Shown in pieces: positions 14,001-29,910 of a stretch of 64,000 nucleotides of DNA; within the stretch, counting starts at the first letter, position 1, and the number at the start of each line of letters is the position of its first letter. Position numbers and translations under genes: made by a program. The notes beneath the pieces were generated by a model. That model saw nothing but the letters and a program-made list of their open reading frames with translations, searched no databases and had not been told where the DNA came from. The stretch is from Eledone cirrhosa (lineage: Eukaryota): the NCBI GenBank assembly GCA_964016885.1, contig OZ024740.1, positions 317,936,001-318,000,000 of the forward strand, read 5' to 3'.

Positions 14001-17000
14001 GTCTATTTCCACAACATACATTCTATCTGACATTCTAACGACTCTACCAATTCGCTGTCTTTCTACTACAATACTCAACAAATAATCCAGGACTGTCTCG
14101 TCTATTTCCACAACATACGTTCTATCTGACATTCTAAAGACTCTAACAACTCGAAGTCTTTCTACTACAATACACAGAACAAATAATCCAGGTTTGTCTC
14201 GTCTATTTCCACAACTTACATTCTATCTAACATTCTAACGACTCTACCAATTCGAAGCCTTTTTACTACATTACTCACAACAAATAATCCAGGATTGTCT
14301 CGTCTATTTCCACAACTTACATTCTACCTGACATTCTAACGACTCTACCAATTCGCTGTCTTTCTACTACAATACTCACAACAAATAATCCAGGATTGTC
14401 TCGTCTATTTCCACAACTTACATTCTATCTAACATTCTAACAACTCCACCAATTCGAAATCTTTCTACTACAATACTCACAACAAATCATCCAGGATTGT
14501 CTCGTCTATTTCCACAACTTACGTTCTATCTGATATTCTAACGACTCTACCAATTCGAAGTCTTTCTACTACAATACTAACAACAAATAATCCAGGATTG
14601 TCTCTTCTATTTCCACAACTTGCATTCTATCTGACATTCTAATGACTCTACCAATTCGAAGTCTTTCTACTACAATACTCACAACAAATAATCCAGGATT
14701 GTCTCGTCTATTTCCACAAATTACATTCTATCTGACATTCTAACGACTCTACCAATTCGCTGTCTTTCTACTACAATACTCACAACAAATAATCCAGGAT
14801 TGTCTCGTCTATTTCCACAACATACATTCTATCTGACATTCTAACGACTCTACCAATTCGCTGTCTTTCTACTACAATACTCAACAAATAATCCAGGACT
14901 GTCTCGTCTATTTCCACAACTTACGTTCTATCTGACATTCTAAAGACTCTAACAATTCGAAGTCTTTCTACTACAATACTCAGAACAAATAATCCAGGTT
15001 TGTCTCGTCTATTTCCACAACTTACATTCTATCTAACATTCTAACGACTCTACCAATTCGAAGCCTTTTTACTACATTACTCACAACAAATAATCCAGGA
15101 TTGTCTCGTCTATTTCCACAACTTACATTCTATCTGATATTCTAACGACTCTACCAATTCGAAGTCTTTCTACTACAATACTCACAACAAATAATCCAGG
15201 ATTGTCTCGTCTATTTCCACAACATACATTCTATCTGACATTTTTACGACTCTACCAATTCGCTGTCTTTCTACTACAATACTTAACAAATAATCCAGGA
15301 CTGTCTCGTCTATTTCCACAACTTACGTTCTATCTGACATTCTAAAGACTCTAACAATTCGAAGTCTTTCTACTACAATACTCACAACAAATAATCCAGG
15401 ATTGTCTCGTCTATTTCCACAACATACATTCTATCTGACATTTTTACGACTCCACCAATTCGCTGTCTTTCTACTACAATACTCAACAAATAATCCAGGA
15501 CTGTCTCGTCTATTTCCACAACTTACGTTCTATCTGACATTCTAAAGACTCTAACAATTCGAAGTCTTTCTACTACAATACTCAGAACAAATAATCCAGG
15601 TTTGTCTCGTCTATTTCCACAACTTACATTCTATCTAACATTCTAACGACTCTACCAATTCGCTGTCTTTCTACTACAATACTCACAACAAATAATCCAG
15701 GATTGTCTCGTCTATTTCCACAACTTACATTCTATCTAACATTCTAACAACTCCACCAATTCGAAATCTTTCTACTACAATACTCACAACAAATCATCCA
15801 GGATTGTCTCGTCTATTTCCACAACTTACGTTCTATCTGATATTCTAACGACTCTACCAATTCGAAGTATTTCTACTACAATACTAACAACAAATAATCC
15901 AGGATTGTCTCTTCTATTTCCACAACTTACATTCTATCTAACATTCTAACAACTCCACCAATTCGAAATCTTTCTACTACAATACTCACAACAAATCATC
16001 CAGGATTGTCCCGTCTATTTCCACAACTTACATTCTATCTGATATTCTAACGACTCTACCAATTCGAAGTCTTTCTACTACAATACTAACAACAAATAAT
16101 CCAGGATTGTCTCTTCTATTTCCACAACTTGCATTCTATCTGACATTCTAATGACTCTACCAATTCGAAGTCTTTCTACTACAATACTCACAACAAATAA
16201 TCCAGGATTGTCTCGTCTATTTCCACAAATTACATTCTATCTGACATTCTAACGACTCTACCAATTCGCTGTCTTTCTACTACAATACTCACAACAAATA
16301 ATCCAGGATTGTCTCGTCTATTTCCACAACATACATTCTATCTGACATTCTAACGACTCTACCAATTCGCTGTCTTTCTACTACAATACTCAACAAATAA
16401 TCCAGGACTGTCTCGTCTATTTCCACAACTTACGTTCTATCTGACATTCTAAAGACTCTAACAACTCGAAGTCTTTCTACTACAATACACAGAACAAATA
16501 ATCCAGGTTTGTCTCGTCTATTTCCACAACTTACATTCTATCTAACATTCTAACGACTCTACCAATTCGAAGCCTTTTTACTACATTACTCACAACAAAT
16601 AATCCAGGATTGTCTCGTCTATTTCCACAACTTACATTCTATCTGATATTCTAACGACTCTACCAATTCGAAGTCTTTCTACTACAATACTCACAACAAA
16701 TAATCCAGGATTGTCTCGTCTATTTCCACAACTTACATTCTATCTGATATTCTAACGACTCTACCAATTCGAAGTCTTTCTACTCCAATACTAACAACAA
16801 ATAATCCAGGAATGTCTCTTCTATTTCCACAACTTACATTCTATCTAACATTCTAACAACTCTACCAATTCGAAATCTTTCTCCTACAATACTCACAACA
16901 AATAGTCCAGGATTGTCTCGTCTATTTACACAACTTACATTCTATCTGATATTCTAACGACTATACCAATTCGAAGTCTTTCTACTACAATACTAACAAG

Positions 17001-20000
17001 AAATAATCCAGGATTGTCTCTTCTATTTCCACAACTTACATTCTATCTGACATTCTAACAACTCTACCAATTCGAAATCTTTCTACTACAATAGTCACAA
17101 CAAATAATCCAGGATTGTCTCGTCTATTTCCACAACTTACATTCTATCTGATATTCTAACGACTCTACCAATTCGAAGTCTTTCTACTACAATACTAACA
17201 ACAAATAATCCAGGATTGTCTCGTCTATTTCCACAACTTACGTTCTATCTGACATTCTAACAACTCTACCAATTCGAAGTCTTTCTACTACAATACTCAC
17301 AACAAATAATACAGGATTCGCTCGTCTATTTCCACAACTTACATTCTATCTGATATTCTAACGACTCTACCAATTCGAAGTCTTTCTACTACAATACTAA
17401 CAACAAATAATCCAGGATTGTCTCTTCTATTTCCACAACTTACATTCTATCTAACATTCTAACAACTCCACCAATTCGAAGTCTTTCTACTACAATACTA
17501 ACAACAAATAATCCAGGATTGTCTCTTCTATTTCCACAACTTACATTCTATCTGACATTCTAATGACTCTACCAATTCGAAGTCTTTCTACTACAATACT
17601 CACAACAAATAATCCAGGATTGTCTCGTCTATTTCCACAACTTGCATTCTATCTGACATTCTAACGACTCTACCAATTTGAAGTCTTTCTACTACAATAC
17701 TCACAACAAATAATCCAGGATTGTCTCGTCTATTTCCACAAATTACATTCTATCTGACATTCTAACGACTCTACCAATTCGCTGTCTTTCTACTACAATA
17801 CTCACAACAAATAATCCAGGATTGTCTCGTCTATTTCCACAACATACATTCTATCTGACATTCTAACGACTCTACCAATTCGCTGTCTTTCTACTACAAT
17901 ACTCAACAAATAATCCAGGACTGTCTCGTCTATTTCCACAACTTACGTTCTATCTGACATTCTAAAGACTCTAACAATTCGAAGTCTTTCTACTACAATA
18001 CTCAGAACAAATAATCCAGGATTGTCTCGTCTATTTCCACAACTTACATTCTATCTAACATTCTAACGACTCTACCAATTCGAAGCCTTTTTACTACATT
18101 ACTCACAACAAATAATCCAGGATTGTCTCGTCTATTTACACAACTTACATTCTATCTGATATTCTAACGACTCTACCAATTCGAAGTCTTTCTACTACAA
18201 TACTCACAACAAATAATCCAGGATTGTCTCGTCTATTTCCACAACTTACATTCTATCTGATATTCTAACGACTCTACCAATTCGAAGTCTTTCTACTACA
18301 ATACTAACAACAAATAATCCAGGAATGTCTCTTCTATTTCCACAACTTACATTCTATCTGACATTCTAACAACTCTACCAATTCGAAATCTTTCTCCTAC
18401 AATACTCACAACAAATAGTCCAGGATTGTCTCGTCTATTTACACAACTTACATTCTATCTGATATTCTAACGACTATACCAATTCGAAGTCTTTCTACTA
18501 CAATACTCACAACAAATAATCCAGGATTGTCTCTTCTATTTCCGCAACTTACATTCTATCTGACATTCTAACAACTCTACCAATTCGAAATCTTTCTACT
18601 ACAATACTCACAACAAATAATCCAGGATTGTCTCGTCTATTTCCACAACTTACATTCTATCTGATATTCTAACGACTCTACCAATTCGAAGTCTTTCTAC
18701 TACAATACTAACAACAAATAATCCAGGATTGTCTCGTCTATTTCCACAACTTACGTTCTATCTGACATTCTAACAACTCTACCAATTCGAAGTCTTTCTA
18801 CTACAATACTCACAACAAATAATACAGGATTCGCTCGTCTATTTCCACAACTTACATTCTATCTGATATTCTAACGACTCTACCAATTCGAAGTCTTTCT
18901 ACTACAATACTAACAACAAATAATCCAGGATTGTCTCTTCTATTTCCACAACTTACATTCTATCTAACATTCTAACAACTCCACCAATTCGAAATCTTTC
19001 TACTACAATACTCACAACAAATAATCCAGAATTGTCTCGTCTATTTCCACAAATTACATTCTATCTGACATTCTAACGACTCTACCAATTCGCTGTCTTT
19101 CTACTACAATACTCACAACAAATAATCCAGGATTGTCTCGTCTATTTCCACAACATACATTCTATCTGACATTCTAACGACTCTACCAATTCGCTGTCTT
19201 TCTACTACAATACTCAACAAATAATCCAGGACTGTCTCGTCTATTTCCACAACTTACGTTCTATCTGACATTCTAAAAACTCTAACAATTCGAAGTCTTT
19301 CTACTACAATACTCAGAACAAATAATCCAGGTTTGTCTCGTCTATTTCCACAACTTACATTCTATCTAACATTCTAACGACTCTACCAATTCGAAGCCTT
19401 TTTACTACATTACTCACAACAAATAATCCAGGATTGTCTCGTCTATTTCCACAACTTACATTCTATCTGATATTCTAACGACTCTACCAATTCGAAGTCT
19501 TTCTACTACAATACTCACAACAAATAATCCAGGATTGTCTCGTCTATTTCCACAACTTACATTCTATCTGATATTCTAACGACTCTACCAATTCGAAGTC
19601 TTTCTACTACAATACTAACAACAAATAATCCAGGATTGTCTCTTCTATTTCCACAACTTACATTCTATCTAACATTCTAACAACTCCACCAATTCGAAAT
19701 CTTTCTACTACAATACTCACAACAAATAATCCAGGATTGTCTCTTCTATTTCCACAACTTACATTCTATCTGACATTCTAATGACTCTACCAATTCGAAG
19801 TCTTTCTACTACAATACTCACAACAAATAATCCAGGATTGTCTCGTCTATTTCCACAACTTGCATTCTATCTGACATTCTAACGACTCTACCAATTTGAA
19901 GTCTTTCTACTACAATACTCACAACAAATAATCCAGGATTGTCTCGTCTATTTCCACAAATTACATTCTATCTGATATTCTAACGACTCTACCAATTCGA

Positions 20001-20870
20001 AGTCTTTCTACTACAATACTAACAACAAATAATCCAGGATTGTCTCGTCTATTTCCACAACTTACGTTCTATCTGACATTCTAACAACTCTACCAATTCG
20101 AAGTCTTTCTACTACAATACTCACAACAAATAATACAGGATTCGCTCGTCTATTTCCACAACATACATTCTATCTGATATTCTAACGACTCTACCAATTC
20201 GAAGTCTTTCTACTACAATACTAACAACAAATAATCCAGGATTGTCTCTTCTATTTCCACAACTTACATTCTATCTAACATTCTAACAACTCCACCAATT
20301 CGAAATCTTTCTACTACAATACTCACAACAAATCATCCAGGATTGTCTCGTCTATTTCCACAACTTACATTCTATCTGATATTCTAACGACTCTACAAAT
20401 TCGAAGTCTTTCTACTACAATACTAACAACAAATAATCCAGGATTGTCTTTTCTATTTCCACAACTTACATTCTATCTGACATTCTAATGACTCTACCAA
20501 TTCGAAGTCTTTCTACTACAATACTCACAACAAATAATCCAGGATTGTCTCGTCTATTTCCACAACTTGCATTCTATCTGACATTCTAACGACTCTACCA
20601 ATTTGAAGTCTTTCTACTACAATACTCACAACAAATAATCCAGGATTGTCTCGTCTATTTCCACAAATTACATTCTATCTGACATTCTAACGACTCTACC
20701 AATTCGCTGTCTTTCTACTACAATACTCACAACAAATAATCCAGGATTGTCTCGTCTATTTCCACAACATACATTCTATCTGACATTCTAACGACTCTAC
20801 CAATTCGCTGTCTTTCTACTACAATACTCAACAAATAATCCAGGACTGTCTCGTCTATTTCCACAACTTA
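4831..20870. repeat. Large tandem duplication of about 8 kb (about 83 monomers); copy 2 starts near 13200
   Basis: Private variants are shared at step-wise offsets: TCACAAAAAA 5304/13671 (8367); CATTTTTACG 6571/15239 (8668); TACTCCA 8214/16781 and ATAGTC 8524/17091 (8567); TTTCCGCA 10073/18539 (8466); CATACATT after TCGCTC 12401/20162 (7761). Confidence 0.85.
10000..11610. repeat. Tandem 8-monomer (806 bp) duplication
   Basis: GACTATACC 10006/10812, TTTCCGCA 10073/10879 and TTCCCAC 10275/11081 all recur at 806 bp, as do the CCAGAATT and TAAAAACTC variants. Confidence 0.9.
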
Positions 20871-23681
20871 CATTCTATCTAACATTCTAACGACTCTACC
20901 AATTCGAAGCCTTTTTACTACATTACTCACAACAAATAATCCAGGATTGTCTCGTCTATTTACACAACTTACATTCTATCTGATATTCTAACGACTCTAC
21001 CAATTCGAAGTCTTTCTACTACAATACTCACAACAAATAATCCAGGATTGTCTCGTCTATTTCCACAACTTACATTCTATCTGATATTCTAACGACTCTA
21101 CCAATTCGAAGTCTTTCTACTACAATACTAACAACAAATAATCCAGGAATGTCTCTTCTATTTCCACAACTTACATTCTATCTGACATTCTAACAACTCT
21201 ACCAATTCGAAATCTTTCTCCTACAATACTCACAACAAATAGTCCAGGATTGTCTCGTCTATTTACACAACTTACATTCTATCTGATATTCTAACGACTA
21301 TACCAATTCGAAGTCTTTCTACTACAATACTAACAAGAAATAATCCAGGATTGTCTCTTCTATTTCCGCAACTTACATTCTATCTGACATTCTAACAACT
21401 CTACCAATTCGAAATCTTTCTACTACAATACTCACAACAAATAATCCAGGATTGTCTCGTCTATTTCCACAATTTACATTCTATCTGATATTCTAACGAC
21501 TCTACCAATTCGAAGTCTTTCTACTACAATACTAACAACAAATAATCCAGGATTGTCTCGTCTATTTCCACAACTTACGTTCTATCTGACATTCTAACAA
21601 CTCTACCAATTCGAAGTCTTTCTACTACAATACTCACAACAAATAATACAGGATTCGCTCGTCTATTTCCACAACTTACATTCTATCTGATATTCTAACG
21701 ACTCTACCAATTCGAAGTCTTTCTACTACAATACTAACAACAAATAATCCAGGATTGTCTCTTCTATTTCCACAACTTACATTCTATCTAACATTCTAAC
21801 AACTCCACCAATTCGAAATCTTTCTACTACAATACTCACAACAAATAATCCAGAATTGTCTCGTCTATTTCCACAAATTACATTCTATCTGACATTCTAA
21901 CGACTCTACCAATTCGCTGTCTTTCTACTACAATACTCACAACAAATAATCCAGGATTGTCTCGTCTATTTCCACAACATACATTCTATCTGACATTCTA
22001 ACGACTCTACCAATTCGCTGTCTTTCTACTACAATACTCAACAAATAATCCAGGACTGTCTCGTCTATTTCCACAACTTACGTTCTATCTGACATTCTAA
22101 AAACTCTAACAATTCGAAGTCTTTCTACTACAATACTCAGAACAAATAATCCAGGTTTGTCTCGTCTATTTCCACAACTTACATTCTATCTAACATTCTA
22201 ACGACTCTACCAATTCGAAGCCTTTTTACTACATTACTCACAACAAATAATCCAGGATTGTCTCGTCTATTTCCACAACTTACATTCTATCTGATATTCT
22301 AACGACTCTACCAATTCGAAGTCTTTCTACTACAATACTCACAACAAATAATCCAGGATTGTCTCGTCTATTTCCTCAACTTACATTCTATCTGATATTC
22401 TAACGACTCTACCAATTCGAAGTCTTTCTACTACAATACTAACAACAAATAATCCAGGATTGTCTCTTCTATTTCCACAACTTACATTCTATCTAACATT
22501 CTAACAACTCCACCAATTCGAAATCTTTCTACTACAATACTCACAACAAATCATCCAGGATTGTCTCGTCTATTTCCACAACTTACATTCTATCTGATAT
22601 TCTAACGACTCTACAAATTCGAAGTCTTTCTACTACAATACTAACAACAAATAATCCAGGATTGTCTCTTCTATTTCCACAACTTACATTCTATCTGACA
22701 TTCTAATGACTCTACCAATTCGAAGTCTTTCTACTACAATACTCACAACAAATAATCCAGGATTGTCTCGTCTATTTCCACAACTTGCATTCTATCTGAC
22801 ATTCTAACGACTCTACCAATTTGAAGTCTTTCTACTACAATACTCACAACAAATAATCCAGGATTGTCTCGTCTATTTCCACAAATTACATTCTATCTGA
22901 CATTCTAACAACTCTACCAATTCGCTGTCTTTCTACTACAATACTCACAACAAATAATCCAGGATTGTCTCGTCTATTTCCACAACATACATTCTATCTG
23001 ACATTCTAACGACTCTACCAATTCGCTGTCTTTCTACTACAATACTCAACAAATAATCCAGGACTGTCTCGTCTATTTCCACAACTTACGTTCTATCTGA
23101 CATTCTAAAGACTCTAACAATTCGAAGTCTTTCTACTACAATACTCAGAACAAATAATCCAGGTTTGTCTCGTCTATTTCCACAACTTACATTCTATCTA
23201 ACATTCTAACGACTCTACCAATTCGAAGCCTTTTTACTACATTACTCACAACAAATAATTCAGGATTGCCCCGTCTATTTCCACAACTTACATTCTACCT
23301 GACATTCTAACGACTCTACCAATTCGCTGTCTTTCTACTACAATACTCACAACAAATAATCCAGGATTGTCTCGTCTATTTCCACAACTTACATTCTATC
23401 TAACATTCTAACAACTCCACCAATTCGAAATCTTTCTACTACAATACTCACAACAAATCATCCAGGATTGTCTCGTCTATTTCCACAACTTACGTTCTAT
23501 CTGATATTCTAACGACTCTACCAATTCGAAGTCTTTCTACTACAATACTAACAACAAATAATCCAGGATTGTCTCTTCTATTTCCACAACTTGCATTCTA
23601 TCTGACATTCTAATGACTCTACCAATTCGAAGTCTTTCTACTACAATACTCACAACAAATAATCCAGGATTGTCTCGTCTA

Positions 23682-26600
23682 TTTCCACAAATTACATTCT
23701 ATCTGACATTCTAACGACTCTACCAATTCGCTGTCTTTCTACTACAATACTCACAACAAATAATCCAGGATTGTCTCGTCTATTTCCACAACATACATTC
23801 TATCTGACATTCTAACGACTCTACCAATTCGCTGTCTTTCTACTACAATACTCAACAAATAATCCAGGACTGTCTCGTCTATTTCCACAACTTACGTTCT
23901 ATCTGACATTCTAAAGACTCTAACAATTCGAAGTCTTTCTACTACAATACTCAGAACAAATAATCCAGGTTTGTCTCGTCTATTTCCACAACTTACATTC
24001 TATCTAACATTCTAACGACTCTACCAATTCGAAGCCTTTTTACTACATTACTCACAACAAATAATCCAGGATTGTCTCGTCTATTTCCACAACTTACATT
24101 CTATCTGATATTCTAACGACTCTACCAATTCGAAGTCTTTCTACTACAATACTCACAACAAATAATCCAGGATTGTCTCGTCTATTTCCACAACTTACAT
24201 TCTATCTGATATTCTAACGACTCTACCAATTCGAAGTCTTTCTACTACAATACTAACAACAAATAATCCAGGAATGTCTCTTTTATTTCCACAACTTACA
24301 TTCTATCTGACATTCTAACAACTCTACCAATTCGAAATCTTTCTCCTACAATACTCACAACAAATAGTCCAGGATTGTCTCGTCTATTTCCACAACTTAC
24401 ATTCTATCTGATATTCTAACGACTCTACCAATTCGAAGTCTTTCTACTACAATACTCACAACAAATCATCCAGGATTGTCTCGTCTATTTCCACAACTTA
24501 CATTCTATCTAACATTCTAACGACTCTACCAATTCGAAGCCTTTTTACTACATTACTCACAACAAATAATTCAGGATTGTCTCGTCTATTTCCACAAATT
24601 ACATTCTATCTGACATTCTAACGACTCTACCAATTCGCTGTCTTTCTACTACATTACTCATAACAAATAATCCAGGATTGTCTCGTCTATTTACACAACT
24701 TACATTCTATCTGATATTCTAACGACTCTACCAATTCGAAGTCTTTCTACTACAATACTCACAACAAATAATCCAGGATTGTCTCGTCTATTTCCACAAC
24801 TTACATTATATCTGATATTCTAACGACTCTACCAATTCGAAGTCTTTCTACTACAATACTAACAACAAATAATCCAGGAATGTCTCTTCTATTTCCACAA
24901 CTTACATTCTATCTGACATTCTAACAACTCTACCAATTCGAAATCTTTCTCCTACAATACTTACAACAAATAGTCCAGGATTGTCTCGTCTATTTACACA
25001 ACTTACATTCTATCTGATATTCTAACGACTATACCAATTCGAAGTCTTTCTACTACAATACTAACAAGAAATAATCCAGGATTGTCTCTTCTATTTCCGC
25101 AACTTACATTCTATCTGACATTCTAACAACTCTACCAATTCGAAATCTTTCTACTACAATACTCACAACAAATAATCCAGGATTGTCTCGTCTATTTCCA
25201 CAACTTACATTCTATCTGATATTCTAACGACTCTACCAATTCGAAGTCTTTCTACTACAATACTAACAACAAATAATCCAGGATTGTCTCGTCTATTTCC
25301 ACAACTTACGTTCTATCTGACATTCTAACAACTCTACCAATTCGAAGTCTTTCTACTACAATACTCACAACAAATAATACAGGATTCGCTCGTCTATTTC
25401 CACAACTTACATTCTATCTGATATTCTAACGACTCTACCAATTCGAAGTCTTTCTACTACAATACTAACAACAAATAATCCAGGATTGTCTCTTCTATTT
25501 CCACAACTTACATTCTATCTAACATTCTAACAACTCCACCAATTCGAAATCTTTCTACTACAATACTCACAACAAATAATCCAGAATTGTCTCGTCTATT
25601 TCCACAAATTACATTCTATCTGACATTCTAACGACTCTACCAATTCGCTGTCTTTCTACTACAATACTCACAACAAATAATCCAGGATTGTCTCGTCTAT
25701 TTCCACAACATACATTCTATCTGACATTCTAACGACTCTACCAATTCGCTGTCTTTCTACTACAATACTCAACAAATAATCCAGGACTGTCTCGTCTATT
25801 TCCACAACTTACGTTCTATCTGACATTCTAAAAACTCTAACAATTCGAAGTCTTTCTACTACAATACTCAGAACAAATAATCCAGGTTTGTCTCGTCTAT
25901 TTCCACAACTTTCATTCTATCTAACATTCTAACGACTCTACCAATTCGAAGCCTTTTTACTACATTACTCACAACAAATAATCCAGGATTGTCTCGTCTA
26001 TTTCCACAACTTACATTCTATCTGATATTCTAACGACTCTACCAATTCGAAGTCTTTCTACTACAATACTCACAACAAATAATCCAGGATTGTCTCGTCT
26101 ATTTCCACAACTTACATTCTATCTGATATTCTAACGACTCTACCAATTCGAAGTCTTTCTACTACAATACTAACAACAAATAATCCAGGATTGTCTCTTC
26201 TATTTCCACAACTTACATTCTATCTAACATTCTAACAACTCCACCAATTCGAAATCTTTCTACTACAATACTCACAACAAATCATCCAGGATTGTCTCGT
26301 CTATTTCCACAACTTACATTCTATCTGATATTCTAACGACTCTACAAATTCGAAGTCTTTCTACTACAATACTAACAACAAATAATCCAGGATTGTCACT
26401 TCTATTTCCACAACTTACATTCTATCTGACATTCTAATGACTCTACCAATTCGAAGTCTTTCTACTACAATACTCACAACAAATAATCCAGGATTGTCTC
26501 GTCTATTTCCACAACTTGCATTCTATCTGACATTCTAACGACTCTACCAATTTGAAGTCTTTCTACTACAATACTCACAACAAATAATCCAGGATTGTCT

Positions 26601-29600
26601 CGTCTATTTCCACAAATTACATTCTATCTGACATTCTAACGACTCTACCAATTCGCTGTCTTTCTACTACAATACTCACAACAAATAATCCAGGATTGTC
26701 TCGTCTATTTCCACAACATACATTCTATCTGACATTCTAACGACTCTACCAATTCGCTGTCTTTCTACTACAATACTCAACAAATAATCCAGGACTGTCT
26801 CGTCTATTTCCACAACTTACGTTCTATCTGACATTCTAAAGACTCTAACAATTCGAAGTCTTTCTACTACAATACTCAGAACAAATAATCCAGGTTTGTC
26901 TCGTCTATTTCCACAACTTACATTCTATCTAACATTCTAACGACTCTACCAATTCGAAGCCTTTTTACTACATTACTCACAACAAATAATCCAGGATTGT
27001 CTCGTCTATTTCCACAACTTACATTCTATCTGATATTCTAACGACTCTACCAATTCGAAGTCTTTCTACTACAATACTCACAACAAATAATCCAGGATTG
27101 TCTCGTCTATTTCCACAACTTACATTCTATCTGATATTCTAACGACTCTACCAATTCGAAGTCTTTCTACTACAATACTAACAACAAATAATCCAGGAAT
27201 GTCTCTTTTATTTCCACAACTTACATTCTATCTGACATTCTAACAACTCTACCAATTCGAAATCTTTCTCCTACAATACTCACAACAAATAGTCCAGGAT
27301 TGTCTCGTCTATTTCCACAACTTACATTCTATCTGATATTCTAACGACTCTACCAATTCGAAGTCTTTCTACTACAATACTCACAACAAATCATCCAGGA
27401 TTGTCTCGTCTATTTCCACAACTTACATTCTATCTAACATTCTAACGACTCTACCAATTCGAAGCCTTTTTACTACATTACTCACAACAAATAATTCAGG
27501 ATTGTCTCGTCTATTTCCACAAATTACATTCTATCTGACATTCTAACGACTCTACCAATTCGCTGTCTTTCTACTACATTACTCATAACAAATAATCCAG
27601 GATTGTCTCGTCTATTTACACAACTTACATTCTATCTGATATTCTAACGACTCTACCAATTCGAAGTCTTTCTACTACAATACTCACAACAAATAATCCA
27701 GGATTGTCTCGTCTATTTCCACAACTTACATTATATCTGATATTCTAACGACTCTACCAATTCGAAGTCTTTCTACTACAATACTAACAACAAATAATCC
27801 AGGAATGTCTCTTCTATTTCCACAACTTACATTCTATCTGACATTCTAACAACTCTACCAATTCGAAATCTTTCTCCTACAATACTTACAACAAATAGTC
27901 CAGGATTGTCTCGTCTATTTACACAACTTACATTCTATCTGATATTCTAACGACTATACCAATTCGAAGTCTTTCTACTACAATACTAACAAGAAATAAT
28001 CCAGGATTGTCTCTTCTATTTCCGCAACTTACATTCTATCTGACATTCTAACAACTCTACCAATTCGAAATCTTTCTACTACAATACTCACAACAAATAA
28101 TCCAGGATTGTCTCGTCTATTTCCACAACTTACATTCTATCTGATATTCTAACGACTCTACCAATTCGAAGTCTTTCTACTACAATACTAACAACAAATA
28201 ATCCAGGATTGTCTCGTCTATTTCCACAACTTACGTTCTATCTGACATTCTAACAACTCTACCAATTCGAAGTCTTTCTACTACAATACTCACAACAAAT
28301 AATACAGGATTCGCTCGTCTATTTCCACAACTTACATTCTATCTGATATTCTAACGACTCTACCAATTCGAAGTCTTTCTACTACAATACTAACAACAAA
28401 TAATCCAGGATTGTCTCTTCTATTTCCACAACTTACATTCTATCTAACATTCTAACAACTCCACCAATTCGAAATCTTTCTACTACAATACTCACAACAA
28501 ATAATCCAGAATTGTCTCGTCTATTTCCACAAATTACATTCTATCTGACATTCTAACGACTCTACCAATTCGCTGTCTTTCTACTACAATACTCACAACA
28601 AATAATCCAGGATTGTCTCGTCTATTTCCACAACATACATTCTATCTGACATTCTAACGACTCTACCAATTCGCTGTCTTTCTACTACAATACTCAACAA
28701 ATAATCCAGGACTGTCTCGTCTATTTCCACAACTTACGTTCTATCTGACATTCTAAAAACTCTAACAATTCGAAGTCTTTCTACTACAATACTCAGAACA
28801 AATAATCCAGGTTTGTCTCGTCTATTTCCACAACTTTCATTCTATCTAACATTCTAACGACTCTACCAATTCGAAGCCTTTTTACTACATTACTCACAAC
28901 AAATAATCCAGGATTGTCTCGTCTATTTCCACAACTTACATTCTATCTGATATTCTAACGACTCTACCAATTCGAAGTCTTTCTACTACAATACTCACAA
29001 CAAATAATCCAGGATTGTCTCGTCTATTTCCACAACTTACATTCTATCTGATATTCTAACGACTCTACCAATTCGAAGTCTTTCTACTACAATACTAACA
29101 ACAAATAATCCAGGATTGTCTCTTCTATTTCCACAACTTACATTCTATCTAACATTCTAACAACTCCACCAATTCGAAATCTTTCTACTACAATACTCAC
29201 AACAAATCATCCAGGATTGTCTCGTCTATTTCCACAACTTACATTCTATCTGATATTCTAACGACTCTACAAATTCGAAGTCTTTCTACTACAATACTAA
29301 CAACAAATAATCCAGGATTGTCACTTCTATTTCCACAACTTACATTCTATCTGACATTCTAATGACTCTACCAATTCGAAGTCTTTCTACTACAATACTC
29401 ACAACAAATAATCCAGGATTGTCTCGTCTATTTCCACAACTTGCATTCTATCTGACATTCTAACGACTCTACCAATTTGAAGTCTTTCTACTACAATACT
29501 CACAACAAATAATCCAGGATTGTCTCGTCTATTTCCACAAATTACATTCTATCTGACATTCTAACGACTCTACCAATTCGCTGTCTTTCTACTACAATAC

Positions 29601-29910
29601 TCACAACAAATAATCCAGGATTGTCTCGTCTATTTCCACAACATACATTCTATCTGACATTCTAACGACTCTACCAATTCGCTGTCTTTCTACTACAATA
29701 CTCAACAAATAATCCAGGACTGTCTCGTCTATTTCCACAACTTACGTTCTATCTGACATTCTAAAGACTCTAACAATTCGAAGTCTTTCTACTATGATAC
29801 TCAGAACAAATAATCCAGGTTTGTCTCGTCTATTTCCACAACTTACATTCTATCTAACATTCTAACGACTCTACCAATTCGAAGCCTTTTTACTACATTA
29901 CTCACAACAA
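23682..29910. repeat. Near-identical tandem 29-monomer (2925 bp) duplication
   Basis: TTTTATTT 24281/27206, TTTCCGCA 25094/28019 and GTCACTT 26395/29320, plus the CTCATAAC, CATTATA, TACTTAC and AACTTTCA variants, all at 2925 bp. Confidence 0.92.
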
